A stretch of DNA of 64,000 nt, from the NCBI GenBank assembly GCA_965113315.1, contig OZ220373.1; one strand, 5' to 3'. A program made the translations under genes and the position numbers. The notes beneath the pieces are model-generated. The model was not told the DNA's origin. It saw only the letters and a list, made by a program, of their open reading frames with translations, and did no database searches. Origin of the DNA: Podarcis vaucheri (taxonomy: Eukaryota). Positions within the stretch are counted from its first letter, which is position 1. Each line of letters starts with the position of its first letter. Shown in pieces: positions 54,662-64,000 of the stretch.

Positions 54662-55760
54662 ACGAGATGCTTGGTCCTATACAGGAGCATTTTTTCACAG
54701 CATCTGTAAGCAACTCAATATTTATTACAAATACATTTTACATGAAAGGATTCCAAAGCAAACAATCCCTTAGTACGTTAAGATGCCTTGGTGCTCTGAG
54801 TATACACAATGTTTGCATGGAAATTCATGACCTAAACATATGACACCTTGCAATTAGTAAACAATATGCAAAGGTTAATTGTATTAGCATCTTGTGCAAA
54901 ACTATACACATTTGAATAAAGCGATACAACAATCTTCGGAGATGCATTTTTCTATTATATTGTGTGTAGCTATCCTTTTTCAGATTTAAATGGCCTTCAT
55001 GCCCATCTCATTCTATGCTTCCTGCAATCTATCTCACGCAAGGCACAACTGATTCTTTTTCATCTACCTGACAGATCTCATGAATATGAAGACTGTTCCA
55101 AGCCAACTATGAATGGTCTGTCTCAGAAGGTCAATGAAACTTAACACTGCTTTCTCCCTTATGACATCCTCTTTTACACACATGAGAAGGGAAAACTACA
55201 TCTGCTACAGGATATATTGGAGCAGACATGATGTATACTCTGGAAATGACAAGGACACAGATTCCAAGGTTAAAGCTGGGATTTCCAGATGCATTATTAG
55301 TCAATACCCTGGATAGCTCCCAGTTAAGGATGGTGCATAAATTCTACTAGTTAATGCTATTTCTCCCCACATGCATCCCTCCAGCACATAACAGTATAGC
55401 TCAAGGAGATACCGCGTTCTGGATGACTTTCAAGCACCAGGTAAATTAATAAGGACAAACCCCACTCTGGCCAAAAATCATTAAGCAAAATCCCAGTTGC
55501 CCTCAATCCATGTAATCCTTTTTTTTCAGGTTCCTGCTTTTTTTATCAAGCTAATAGCACAGCCTTTCCAAAAGTATTTGGGAAGAGAGCTAAAAATGTG
55601 CAGTCGTCAGACAAAAAAGCTTTCACACGCATATCAGACTGAGCGACAATAACAAGCAGTGCAAATTTTAACTAAGAGCCCGAATCTTACATGTTTGTGT
55701 TTTTAAACTTCCCATGGATATACCATGACTCAAGACATAAAAGCTTTCATTTTAAGGGCA

Positions 55761-55767
55761 ACACACA

Positions 55768-55810
<43 letters not shown>
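55761..55810. repeat. (CA)n(GA)n microsatellite
   Basis: Read directly from the sequence. Confidence 0.92.
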
Positions 55811-55816
<6 letters not shown>

Positions 55817-57499
55817 TCCTATTTCTCTCTGTCTTCTGTCTTTCTGATTTGCTCGTTTTCTTGTCCTTTTCTGACATACAGCACTAAGACAGACTGAGGC
55901 ATGAAGGAACCAAAGTTTTAATAAAAGAACCTAAAGCCTTGTGGATGCATTTTTTCCTGAATATAGAAGGGGTAGATGGAGATTGTGCCAGATGACCCTA
56001 CCCCCTTGACACAACTCTAGTCCACACAATGGACAGAATAGCCACATAGAGACTTAAACATATAGGCCCCATTCGCAAAAATCATGCATACACCGTTCAG
56101 AGACAATAAATGCAACACGTTGGGTGTGCCAAAGAGGCAGAGCCAGTTGGCAAGATTACAATCTTCTCCCCTGCCCCAACGATGTATAGAGAAGAACATC
56201 TGCACAGGACATTAGTCAAGGTCAGTTGCACTGTTCCCGTAGCCAGCACCATACAAGGATTTTTTAAATGAAGCAAAGGGTGTTTATTCTCCTGGGACAG
56301 CTTGATAGGGAATAAGTCACCATGACTTTGGATATTTAAAATAGGAAGGTACGTATTTTAGATGTTTGCAGTTTCTGGGTTTGAGTGAAAACGGTATTCC
56401 TCAATTTTAGTTTATCCTGCCCCAGTTTCCACGCAGTTCTTCCAAGATAGCCAAAACGATTACCTTTTCCTTTGAAGATGCAAAAATTATACTCCCTAAA
56501 TTAGGGCCCGGGGGAGAGAATCAAGCCACATTTCACACGCTTGGCTTGCCAAAGATATATTTTTTTTTCCTGTGCAAAGCTCCATTTTACTGGAATGCCA
56601 AAAAGTGCCCCATGAAACTTGCAGCATCCTGGGAGGGGAGGGCTCCCTTATATCTTCCACCTGGAAAAGGGATGTGAGAGTTGTCTTTAAGTGCAAATGG
56701 AAAATAATCTAACCTCCATCTCTGAAGGTCAGTGACATGTCACCTGGGCAAGACTGGAAGTTGGGCAGTAAGTAGCATTTGTGTTTCTTCTATATAGACG
56801 AGAGTTCAGTGGAAACAAGTTGGGGGTGAGTTATTTCATGGTGTTCAGTACAGCCGATGGAAAGAAAGTCTAGTCTAGGAGTGAGGGACCTCCAGTCCTC
56901 CAGCCAGTGTTGGACTCCAGTGCCAATCAGCCACACCCAGGATGGCCGATAGTCGCCCAACAACTTCTGGAAGGCCACTGGCTCACTGTCCTTCCAAAAA
57001 TGGAGGGTTGTGGGACCCTGAGGTTCCAAGAACTTGGGGGAAGTCTAAGGTTACAATCTTGTGCACAGCGCACCTGAGTGGAGTGGAACTTACTTCTGAG
57101 CAATGTTACCAATGAAACAAGAAGCCAACCTGGGCTTCTACGCATATGTGTGAGCACTTTCAAAGCTCTGTGGGCAGAGCCTCTTCAATGCTCCCCATTC
57201 TAGCACTTGGCATGTTTTTTTCCTGAACACCAACGAAGACTTTGCAAAGGGGGCGGGCAGAGGAAATAGGTTGGAGGGCATCAAGCTCAGGAAAATTGTC
57301 ATTCTTCAGAACTCTGAGCTTCTGTTGAAGTAGGTTGAGTGGAGACAGACAGAGGAGATAGGAATATTTATTTCTTCCAGAGGGTTCAACTTCGGCTACC
57401 CACTTCAGGGACTGGCATCAAAATTGGGCACCAGAGCATCACAGACACTCAAAATGCCCAAGCAGCACAAGCTGATCTTTGGGGAGGCAGAGCTGACAC

Positions 57500-58810
57500 A
57501 TGCCCCGGTTTTTGCGCGCGCGCGCACCGTGACCAACAGAAAAATCGATTCCCCGACCCACCCCAGAAAATAACCCCAGACGACCCCGCTCGCCCCTCAC
57601 CTGAAATCGCTGTAGGGGTGGATGATCCAGAAGCCTGCAGTTTTAACCCTTTCCTGCTCCTTCTCCACCGCCTTCTGGCTGCCGAACATGCGGAGGGAGA
57701 ATTTGTTGACCCCGGGCTGCAGCATGGAGGTGAACTGGCGCTGCATGAAGCCGTATTGGCGCCCGGCAGCGTCGGCATCGTCGAAGCCCACCGCCGGCTC
57801 CTCTCCGCCGCCGCCGCCGCTTCCGCCGTCCACTTTGAAACACACCGAGTTGCCATGGTCCTTGAGGCTGCCGCCGCCGCCGCCGGCTCCCGGGCTGCCC
57901 AGCGCCTTGTCCGCCGCCGCCTTGCCCTGGAAGCAGGCGTTGGCGCTGGGGCTGCCGTCGTCGCGGCTGCCGGGCGACGAGCCGGGCTTGCTGCCCTCCA
58001 TGCCTCTGCCCAGCGAGCGGCCGGGAGGCGGAGGAAGGGAGGTGGCGCGGGAGAGCGAGCGAGGGAGGCAGCGCCGGCCAGGCGAGCCGGCTCCGTCTTG
58101 CAGCGGCGGCGGCGGCTGCTGCGACTGCTGCCCGCCCTTCAGCGGCTCCTCAGCCCCTTCTGGCGCGCCTCGCGTGGCAAGGGGACCGACGGGAGAGGGG
58201 AGGAGGGCTGAGCCAGAGGCAGCGGGCGGGCGGGCGGCAGGCTCCCTTCGAGCGCCCTCTGCCGACCGCAGCGGCGCGCTTGGGCCCGCTTCCCTTCGCT
58301 TGACATTGAGCGACCCGGACGAGCCCGGGAGGAGGGAAGGAGGGAGGGAGGATGGAGCGCGCCGTTAGGCAGCTGGCCTGAGCCAGCGTTTCCTCCTCAC
58401 ATCGCCGCTACCCAAAGAAAGGGACCGGGGCTCCCAAGCTGGCTTCGCTTGCACAGATTTGTCTTCCAAGATCGCTCCTCGGTCCCGGTGCCTTTAGCAC
58501 GAAGGACGGCTTCCGAGGTTGCACAGGCATGGAGATGATACCCAGCTGGGGGTTTCGCCTCGCAGACGGGGCGTCCTCCCGGTGGCGTTTGTAGCAACCG
58601 GGCGCCCTCCCCCCGGAACGAGCTGTTCATTGAGCATTTCACTCCCCCGGTTTGTCCGCAGCGAGGGACGTTAGACGACGTTGGCGCGCTGATGAGCACT
58701 CGCCTGCTTGGGATGAGGTTAGATGAGGTCGCATCAAGCGTCGCGCGCACACAGCCAGTTCCCAGCAAGTGTTCCTGTCCCCTATCGCAAAAGCCGGATC
58801 TTTCCGGGGA
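57500..58810. promoter_or_regulatory. CpG island covering the HCN1 promoter, 5'UTR and exon 1; GC boxes
   Basis: Very high GC and CpG density against an AT-rich, CpG-poor background. GGGCGG repeats at ~58224-58237 and a short CGG run at ~58103-58115. Confidence 0.9.
57601..58001 (-). CDS. HCN1: HCN1 coding exon 1 (N-terminus, HCN domain up to ...HPYSDF-R)
   Basis: Translation MEGSKPGSS...[13 protein letters not shown]...[54 protein letters not shown] matches the vertebrate HCN1 N-terminus. Strong Kozak context GGC-ATG-G. Donor AG|GTGAG at 57601/57600, phase 2 (401 coding nt). Confidence 0.97.
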
Positions 58811-59139
58811 AGGGGGTTCATTTATGAGTTTATTTACAACAAGTGCTTAAGTATCGCCCCTCTCATAAAATGACAGCGCACATGCACACAAAACACATTC
58901 AGTGCAGGATATAGGAACAACATGGGAAGTTGTCTTATACTGAGTTAGACCTCAGGTCTATTTTAGCACATCCCTGCACTCCCAATCTGTTCTGCTGTTT
59001 CATGTACAGTACATACATAGAGAAGCTGCAGTTGCCCATATCTTCCCAGCACATGAGGCACATTCAACCAGCCATCACTGCAGCATCTCACACTGGCCTC
59101 TTGTTGTGTGAAAGAGCCATCACAGATATATGGAGAGGT

Positions 59140-59265
59140 GTCACCCAAAAGATGAAGACTTCTCTGTTTCTCCAAAGGCAGAAGGGTAGAAATTGCAAGG
59201 AAATGGAATCCAGCTGAGTATTAGGAGAAGGATCCTAACAGTAGGGTCTGTTTGACAGTAGAACA
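59140..59265 (+). mobile_element. Degraded CR1 fragment
   Basis: ttaggagaaggatcctaacagtagggtctgtttgacagtagaac resembles the other CR1 copies. Confidence 0.5.
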
Positions 59266-60608
59266 GTTTGCAAACTTGTAACCCACCAAGGTAAACACAG
59301 CCCATCAGCTATATTTTGTCAGCTGCCAGATGTTTGGCAAAATGCTGCCTCTGTTTCCCACATGTGCCCACTTGACTGCTTCAATTGGTGGAATTGTCAC
59401 AACTACAGGTGCCACATAATACCTGTTCCACATTTGTAAGGACTTGGTCACTTAATGTGGCTGCACCTACACTTCGGAACTCCTTGCCAATCAAGATGAA
59501 GCAGGGACCTTCACTCTAACCTTTTTTGGCGCCTGCTAAAACATTCCTTTTTGGACAAACCTATCCTGAAGCTTAGAATGTTAATCTGTTTTAGCATTTT
59601 AACTTCTCTGTGTTTTAAAGTACGGCTATAAATCTTTCTTTATTTTTTACAATCAAGCGCTGTGTAACTTTTATGAAATAAATAAATAAAATAAGAAAAT
59701 GGTCAACGAGAATCAGCGCTAACCCTAGTAGCTATCAATATTCAGCCCAGTAAGAACAATAAAACCACATAGGCTATTAAAATCCAGACAGCAACATGTC
59801 ATATAAAGGATCCAACACAGGTATTGAATTATAAATCTCCAAATTCTTTCCAAGCCAGCCTGGATTTATCCTACATTTCCTATATATCCTGGAAAGCCAG
59901 GTAAACTTTATTATCAGCCATCCTGGCCCGTTAACTGGAGTGGTCCCAGCAGGAGATTCACTTTGATTGCACCTTCCTATTTCCTGTGAAATACTTGCAG
60001 AAGAGTTGAAGTATGGATGAGTAAAATTTATAATAATTCTAAGAGTAGAGTAAGTTAAGACAGCTAAGCTGCCTGGCTCAGTCACAGGAGAAATCACCGA
60101 GGTTTGTGTTTTATTGATGTGATAATTGGTTATGGCAGTGGGAAGTAGCAGCAGACTTTAGGTACTGGACTACAGGAATCATTGGTGCAGCAGAGATGAT
60201 CGTAGAGTAAATTTGCTCTTTGGAAATAGCAGCCCCACTGCCTGGGAGCTGACTCAGTACTTAGAAGGTTCACCATCCAGAACATCTCTGAGGGCATAGC
60301 TATGTGGAGGAAATAGCATCTGGCCTGTCATATCCAGATGCAAAAAAGAAAGAAAAATATGTCTATCCCCTTTCTGCAAGCGGACACTACAAAGCCATAG
60401 AACTGTAGAGTTGGTGCACGAAGGGTCGGCTAGTCCAACCCACTGCAATGTAGGAACCTTGCTCACAGCCGTCCCTGGTGGGGCTTGAACCACCAGTCTT
60501 CTGGTTAACAACCAGATGCACTGACCCAGTGTACTTTGTCCATACCACTGTGCCCAGTGGTGCTGCTCTGTGTGGAGGATTTTCCTTCATCTGAACCACC
60601 TCAGTGTC

Positions 60609-60861
60609 TGTTATGTACTGAGCTGAATCCTAGAACAACAGGATCCAGAATGCAGCAGTCTGATTGGCCCGCAGGAGCCACCCAATCCAGCTCCAGGTGG
60701 AAATGAATCCACAACCTGATTGGCTCACAGGAGAAGCCCAGAATTAGCCCATTGTGTACATAATGTATATATAGCTAGACATTTTGGGGAAAGTTTCATT
60801 CATTGCTACTATGAGCTGAATAAAGAGCATGAAATTCACACTCAACTCCGAGTATATTTTG
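60609..60861 (+). mobile_element. Solo LTR (253 bp) with CCAAT, TATA and polyA signals
   Basis: Starts TGTTATG. 5-bp TSD GTGTC (60604-60608 and 60862-60866). CTGATTGG/CCAAT boxes, TATATA and AATAAA occur in LTR order. The 3' end reads TG instead of CA. Confidence 0.75.
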
Positions 60862-61990
60862 GTGTCATTACTTAGTGCAAAGAATGGCTTAAAGTACTGG
60901 GATGAGCTGCATTTCTAAGCCACAGTGGTCCACTGGATAAGGCTGGAGGTCCATATCATAATCTTAGCCTACTTACTACAAGTCTGGCCATGTTAACTGG
61001 CTGTAACTGAGGACCTGCTCATCACTCCTTATCTCTAAAATGGAAAGAAAGGGGTTGCAGGATACTAAGAGCAGTGCACTTCACAAAGGCTCATTACTGG
61101 TCTATTTATTTATTTATTGACTGATTTACTTCACAATATATACCTGCCCTTCAGTAGAAAGATTTCCAGGTCTAGTGTGATTGATTAATGAGATGGGTTT
61201 AAAAAATAATAAATAATAAAGCAAGACCATTTGGGTCCCTTAGAATTAAATGACACCCAAACACTTAATCTAGGTCATATTTACATTACAAATGTGGCAG
61301 TGCTGTTTTGCTATATTCCCAGTGAGTGCATTGCAATTGCCATTAGTTGTTGGTCAATTGGCTGGCTATTCAGATGATTTATGTCATCCACACAGTCCCT
61401 GTAGATATATATTTTAAAAGCTCAATCTTCCAGTTTGAAAGCCAGAAATAAAGTTCTAACAAGCTGCAGAGCGTGACCAAGGCAACAGTCCAAAGCTATG
61501 TGGAATTATGAACAACAACTTTTGACTTTCTTGTTAAGTATTGTCTTGGGAAGATGCTCTCCTTACCATAGAACATGGGAACCTGAGAAGCGTCTTGCTG
61601 AATCAAGCCAAAGGCATCTTCTTGTCACACTGGCCAACCAGATGCCTATGGGAAGCCCTAAAGCAGGATGCAAGCACAGAGGCGCAAGGATACTTTAGAC
61701 AGAAATGCATGTACGAAAGAGGAAGGAATTTTATGGATTGCTCATTTCCCAGCAGAGCATTTCCAAGGTCATCCAGATCTTCTCTCCCGACTTCTAATTT
61801 TCAGAATAAAGTTGGTGATGTACAATAACACTAGACAGAGAAATCGGGTGAAAAGAGTTTACTTTTTCTGCCAACCACCCTTGTCTCTTCTTCACACCAA
61901 CACTCACAGATTCCCTGCCTTGTCAAGAGCTGAAGCCAGTGTCAGATGCAAGGGATGTGAACAAGTTGTCACAACTTTTTCTTTGCTTAA

Positions 61991-62443
61991 TGTCAGGGAA
62001 CTGACATCGGAGGAAAGGGAAGTGGTAGGGCTCCCAGAGACTGGGAGAGAGTCAACAGCTAAAGCAGGGACCAGTAGGGGGAGCGCGGGGTCTCTGGAGG
62101 AGGATCTCAGTAATGCTGAGAGAGACGCAGCAGCCCAGGCAGGAAGCAGAGGGGGAGAGAAAGGGGTGAGAGACACTTCGAGCGAAAATAGCGGGGAGGT
62201 GTCAGAAGCAACTGCAGGGAGACCTATGCTTCGCCGGAAGCTGTCACGTCGTGAGTCCAGGAGACGCGTTTCCGTTAAGGAACTTCTTTGCTGGAAGCGC
62301 TTCCGCAGACAGCCACTGTCGGACTCTACAAGTGACTAGAGCAGACATGTCTGAGGAGCTCTGTCACACACAGAGGTTTGTGGGGTCGCACAAACTCTGA
62401 AGGGGCACTATTTTAAGCACAAGCAGCTAATCATCCCCTGACA
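61991..62443 (+). mobile_element. 5' LTR (453 bp) of the Gypsy element
   Basis: TG...CA ends with an 8-bp terminal inverted repeat TGTCAGGG...CCCTGACA. The primer-binding site begins 2 nt downstream and the gag ATG 45 nt downstream. Confidence 0.85.
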
Positions 62444-62445
62444 GC

Positions 62446-62456
62446 AGTCCGACAGT
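62446..62456 (+). promoter_or_regulatory. Self-priming primer-binding site
   Basis: AGTCCGACAGT is the exact reverse complement of ACTGTCGGACT at 62315-62325 inside the LTR. No TGG-type tRNA PBS is present. Confidence 0.8.
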
Positions 62457-62488
62457 CTCTGTACGCTGCCTGTGCAGGAGAAGGCATC

Positions 62489-63499
62489 ATGAGCGACCCA
62501 GCAGGAGCCGGAGCCGCAGGGGGTGGAGCTGGTCCAAGCTTGGAAGACAGATACCGAGCATTGGAGGTCCAACTTGCACGGCAGACGGCGAGGCTCGAGG
62601 AGAGGAGGGCTCAAGATGCAGACAAGAAGGGGAGAACCACTCAGTTCCCCAGAAAGGTACCAGGATTAGTGCAGAAGTTTGGGGGGGACCCCAAGGATTA
62701 CCATGCCTTTAGGACTGAAATGCAATATGCCCTGAATGTGCAGTTTGATGAGTTCCCTGATGAGGAATCCCGAGTTGCTTTCGTAATTGGGCATCTTGAG
62801 AAGGGGGCGCGGGACTGGGTTCGACCCCTGATGGCAACGCACAACGATATCCTGAAGGACGCTATGAAATTCTTTCGTGCAATGGATATCATGTTCTCCA
62901 GCGATATTGAGGAGGGGGGAGTGCGCAGACAGCTAATGGCTTGCAAGCAGGGAAGCAGATCTGTCCGTGAGTACTGGACTGAATTTACCATGCTGATTCA
63001 CAGATTGGGGTGGGATTTATCGGCAGCACCCATTCAGATGCTATTTGAAGAAGGTCTTTCTTCAGCTGTGAAAGACGAGCTGGCCAGGAGCCCCAGGGCG
63101 GTGTCTATGGATCAGCTGACCAAATCTGCGCTGACCATTGGAACGCGCCAGGAGGCTAGAGCCTTGGAGAGGCGGGAAGGGAGAGGGGAACGTTGGAAGG
63201 AGTTACGCATTCCAGACATTCCTGAGCCAGCTTTCCCGCCGGCAGAGCCGATGGAAATCGGAACAGCCCGCGCGCGCGCAGTTTCAAAGCCCAGTGAGGG
63301 GGCGAAGAAGGAGGGAAAGGGACCCCGGAAATGCTATCTCTGCCAACAGCCAGGCCACTTTGCCAGAGTCTGCCCCCAGAGGAAGGAATGGCAAGGGATG
63401 GTGGGAACTGTTGAGGGGGAAGAGCAGGGAGAAACGGAGCAGGTAAAAGCCAACGCCTGGTTGCCAGCAGGGCACTGCAGCCAGGCCAAAGAGCAGTGA
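62489..63499 (+). CDS. gag: Gypsy Gag (336 aa; capsid/retrotransposon-gag domain, zinc knuckle)
   Basis: N-terminal coiled coil; FGGDP...RVAFVIGHLEKGARDW; KQGSRSVREYWTEF (MHR-like); EPMEIG; CYLCQQPGHFARVC (CX2CX4HX4C). No internal stops. Confidence 0.93.
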   Translation: MSDPAGAGAAGGGAGPSLEDRYRALEVQLARQTARLEERRAQDADKKGRTTQFPRKVPGLVQKFGGDPKDYHAFRTEMQYALNVQFDEFPDEESRVAFVIGHLEKGARDWVRPLMATHNDILKDAMKFFRAMDIMFSSDIEEGGVRRQLMACKQGSRSVREYWTEFTMLIHRLGWDLSAAPIQMLFEEGLSSAVKDELARSPRAVSMDQLTKSALTIGTRQEARALERREGRGERWKELRIPDIPEPAFPPAEPMEIGTARARAVSKPSEGAKKEGKGPRKCYLCQQPGHFARVCPQRKEWQGMVGTVEGEEQGETEQVKANAWLPAGHCSQAKEQ

Positions 63500-64000
63500 A
63501 AGTGCCCCTTTCCCAAGTGCCAGTGCCAGAAGCTCCTCGACCTGCTCTAGTGATTGAAGTGTCGCTAGAGTTGCAAAATGGACACCCCCTAAAAATAAAG
63601 GCGCTGTTGGACTCAGGCAGCTCCTGCAATTTCATGAGCAAGGAGTTTGCGGCTGAACACCAGATACAGACTATCCCCTTAAGCAACCCCCTGCAGGTGA
63701 CCACGATCGATGGCAGAGAACTGTTGGGAGGAGGCGTCAGCTTGCAGACCATCCCAATGATAATGAGGGTGGCAAGGCACACAGAACTGATAGCGTTTAA
63801 TGTGGCCACCTTGGGAGGCGCTCCCATTATTTTGGGAATGAGCTGGCTAGCCCTACATGATCCGCTGGTGGGCTGGCATCAAAGAGTGGTTTCCTTCGGT
63901 TCCGCACATTGCTTAGAACACTGCAGGGGGGAAAAGGGGTCAGCAGGGGCCCAAGCCACCCTAGCAGGGACGGAAGTGATGGAGAAGGGGAAGGTGCCAT
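63415..64000 (+). CDS. pol: Gypsy Pol N-terminus (aspartic protease), -1 frame relative to gag, runs off the window
   Basis: Frame open from 63415 (after TGA at 63412-63414) to the window end. Contains KALLDSGSSCNFMS (D-S-G active site, ~63598-63639) and PIILGMSWLALHDP. Confidence 0.9.
63442..63507 (+). promoter_or_regulatory. Candidate -1 ribosomal frameshift signal (slippery heptamer plus H-type pseudoknot)
   Basis: G_GTA_AAA in the gag frame, a 6-nt spacer, stem 1 at 63455-63464/63477-63486 and stem 2 at 63470-63476/63501-63507, located at the gag/pol overlap. Confidence 0.75.

Larger units (their letters stand above)
61991..64000 (+). mobile_element. Ty3/Gypsy LTR retrotransposon, Tf1/sushi (chromovirus/PEG10-related) type; 5' portion, truncated by the window edge
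   Basis: LTR, then a self-priming site, a gag with a CCHC knuckle and an aspartic protease in the -1 frame. Confidence 0.93.

Noticed and set aside
58002-58364. HCN1 frame stays open for ~120 codons upstream of the ATG, with in-frame CTGs (possible N-terminal extension)
   Set aside because: Absence of stops is expected at this GC content. The ATG has a strong Kozak context and matches the known HCN1 start.
57339-58368. Long + strand ORFs (290 aa and 248 aa) overlapping HCN1 exon 1
   Set aside because: They are antisense shadows in a GC-rich island where stop codons are rare, and contain no recognisable domain.
61668-61990. Host-flank part of the 223-aa ORF that reads into the LTR
   Set aside because: The upstream half crosses SINE-like and unique flank with no protein-like features. 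The in-frame fusion is most likely chance.
62489-63499. Domesticated PEG10/RTL-like host gene
   Set aside because: An LTR with terminal inverted repeats and a PBS directly precedes gag, indicating a retrotransposon rather than a domesticated gene.

Overview
Vertebrate genomic DNA, almost certainly from a squamate reptile and probably a lacertid lizard, judged from the Sauria/POM-type SINEs and the BovB, CR1, L2 and MITE content. The window holds the 5' part of HCN1 (hyperpolarization-activated cyclic-nucleotide-gated channel 1) on the minus strand. Coding exon 1 (58001-57601) lies in a CpG island, followed by a ~29.2-kb intron 1, the 424-nt exon 2 (28442-28019) and at least 28 kb of intron 2; exon 3 was not seen. 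The introns contain many transposon fragments. About 4 kb upstream of the HCN1 start codon, in divergent orientation, a Ty3/Gypsy retrotransposon of the Tf1/sushi type begins (LTR 61991-62443, intact gag, start of pol) and runs off the window edge. Three structures in it stand out. (1) An 11-nt self-priming site replaces a tRNA primer-binding site. (2) A candidate -1 frameshift signal consists of a non-canonical G_GUA_AAA heptamer, a 6-nt spacer and an H-type pseudoknot. (3) An open reading frame runs through U3 from base 2 of the LTR and encodes an acidic, then Arg-rich, peptide; two unrelated solo LTRs in the window show decayed frames in the same phase. Family names are recognised by eye, not by database search.
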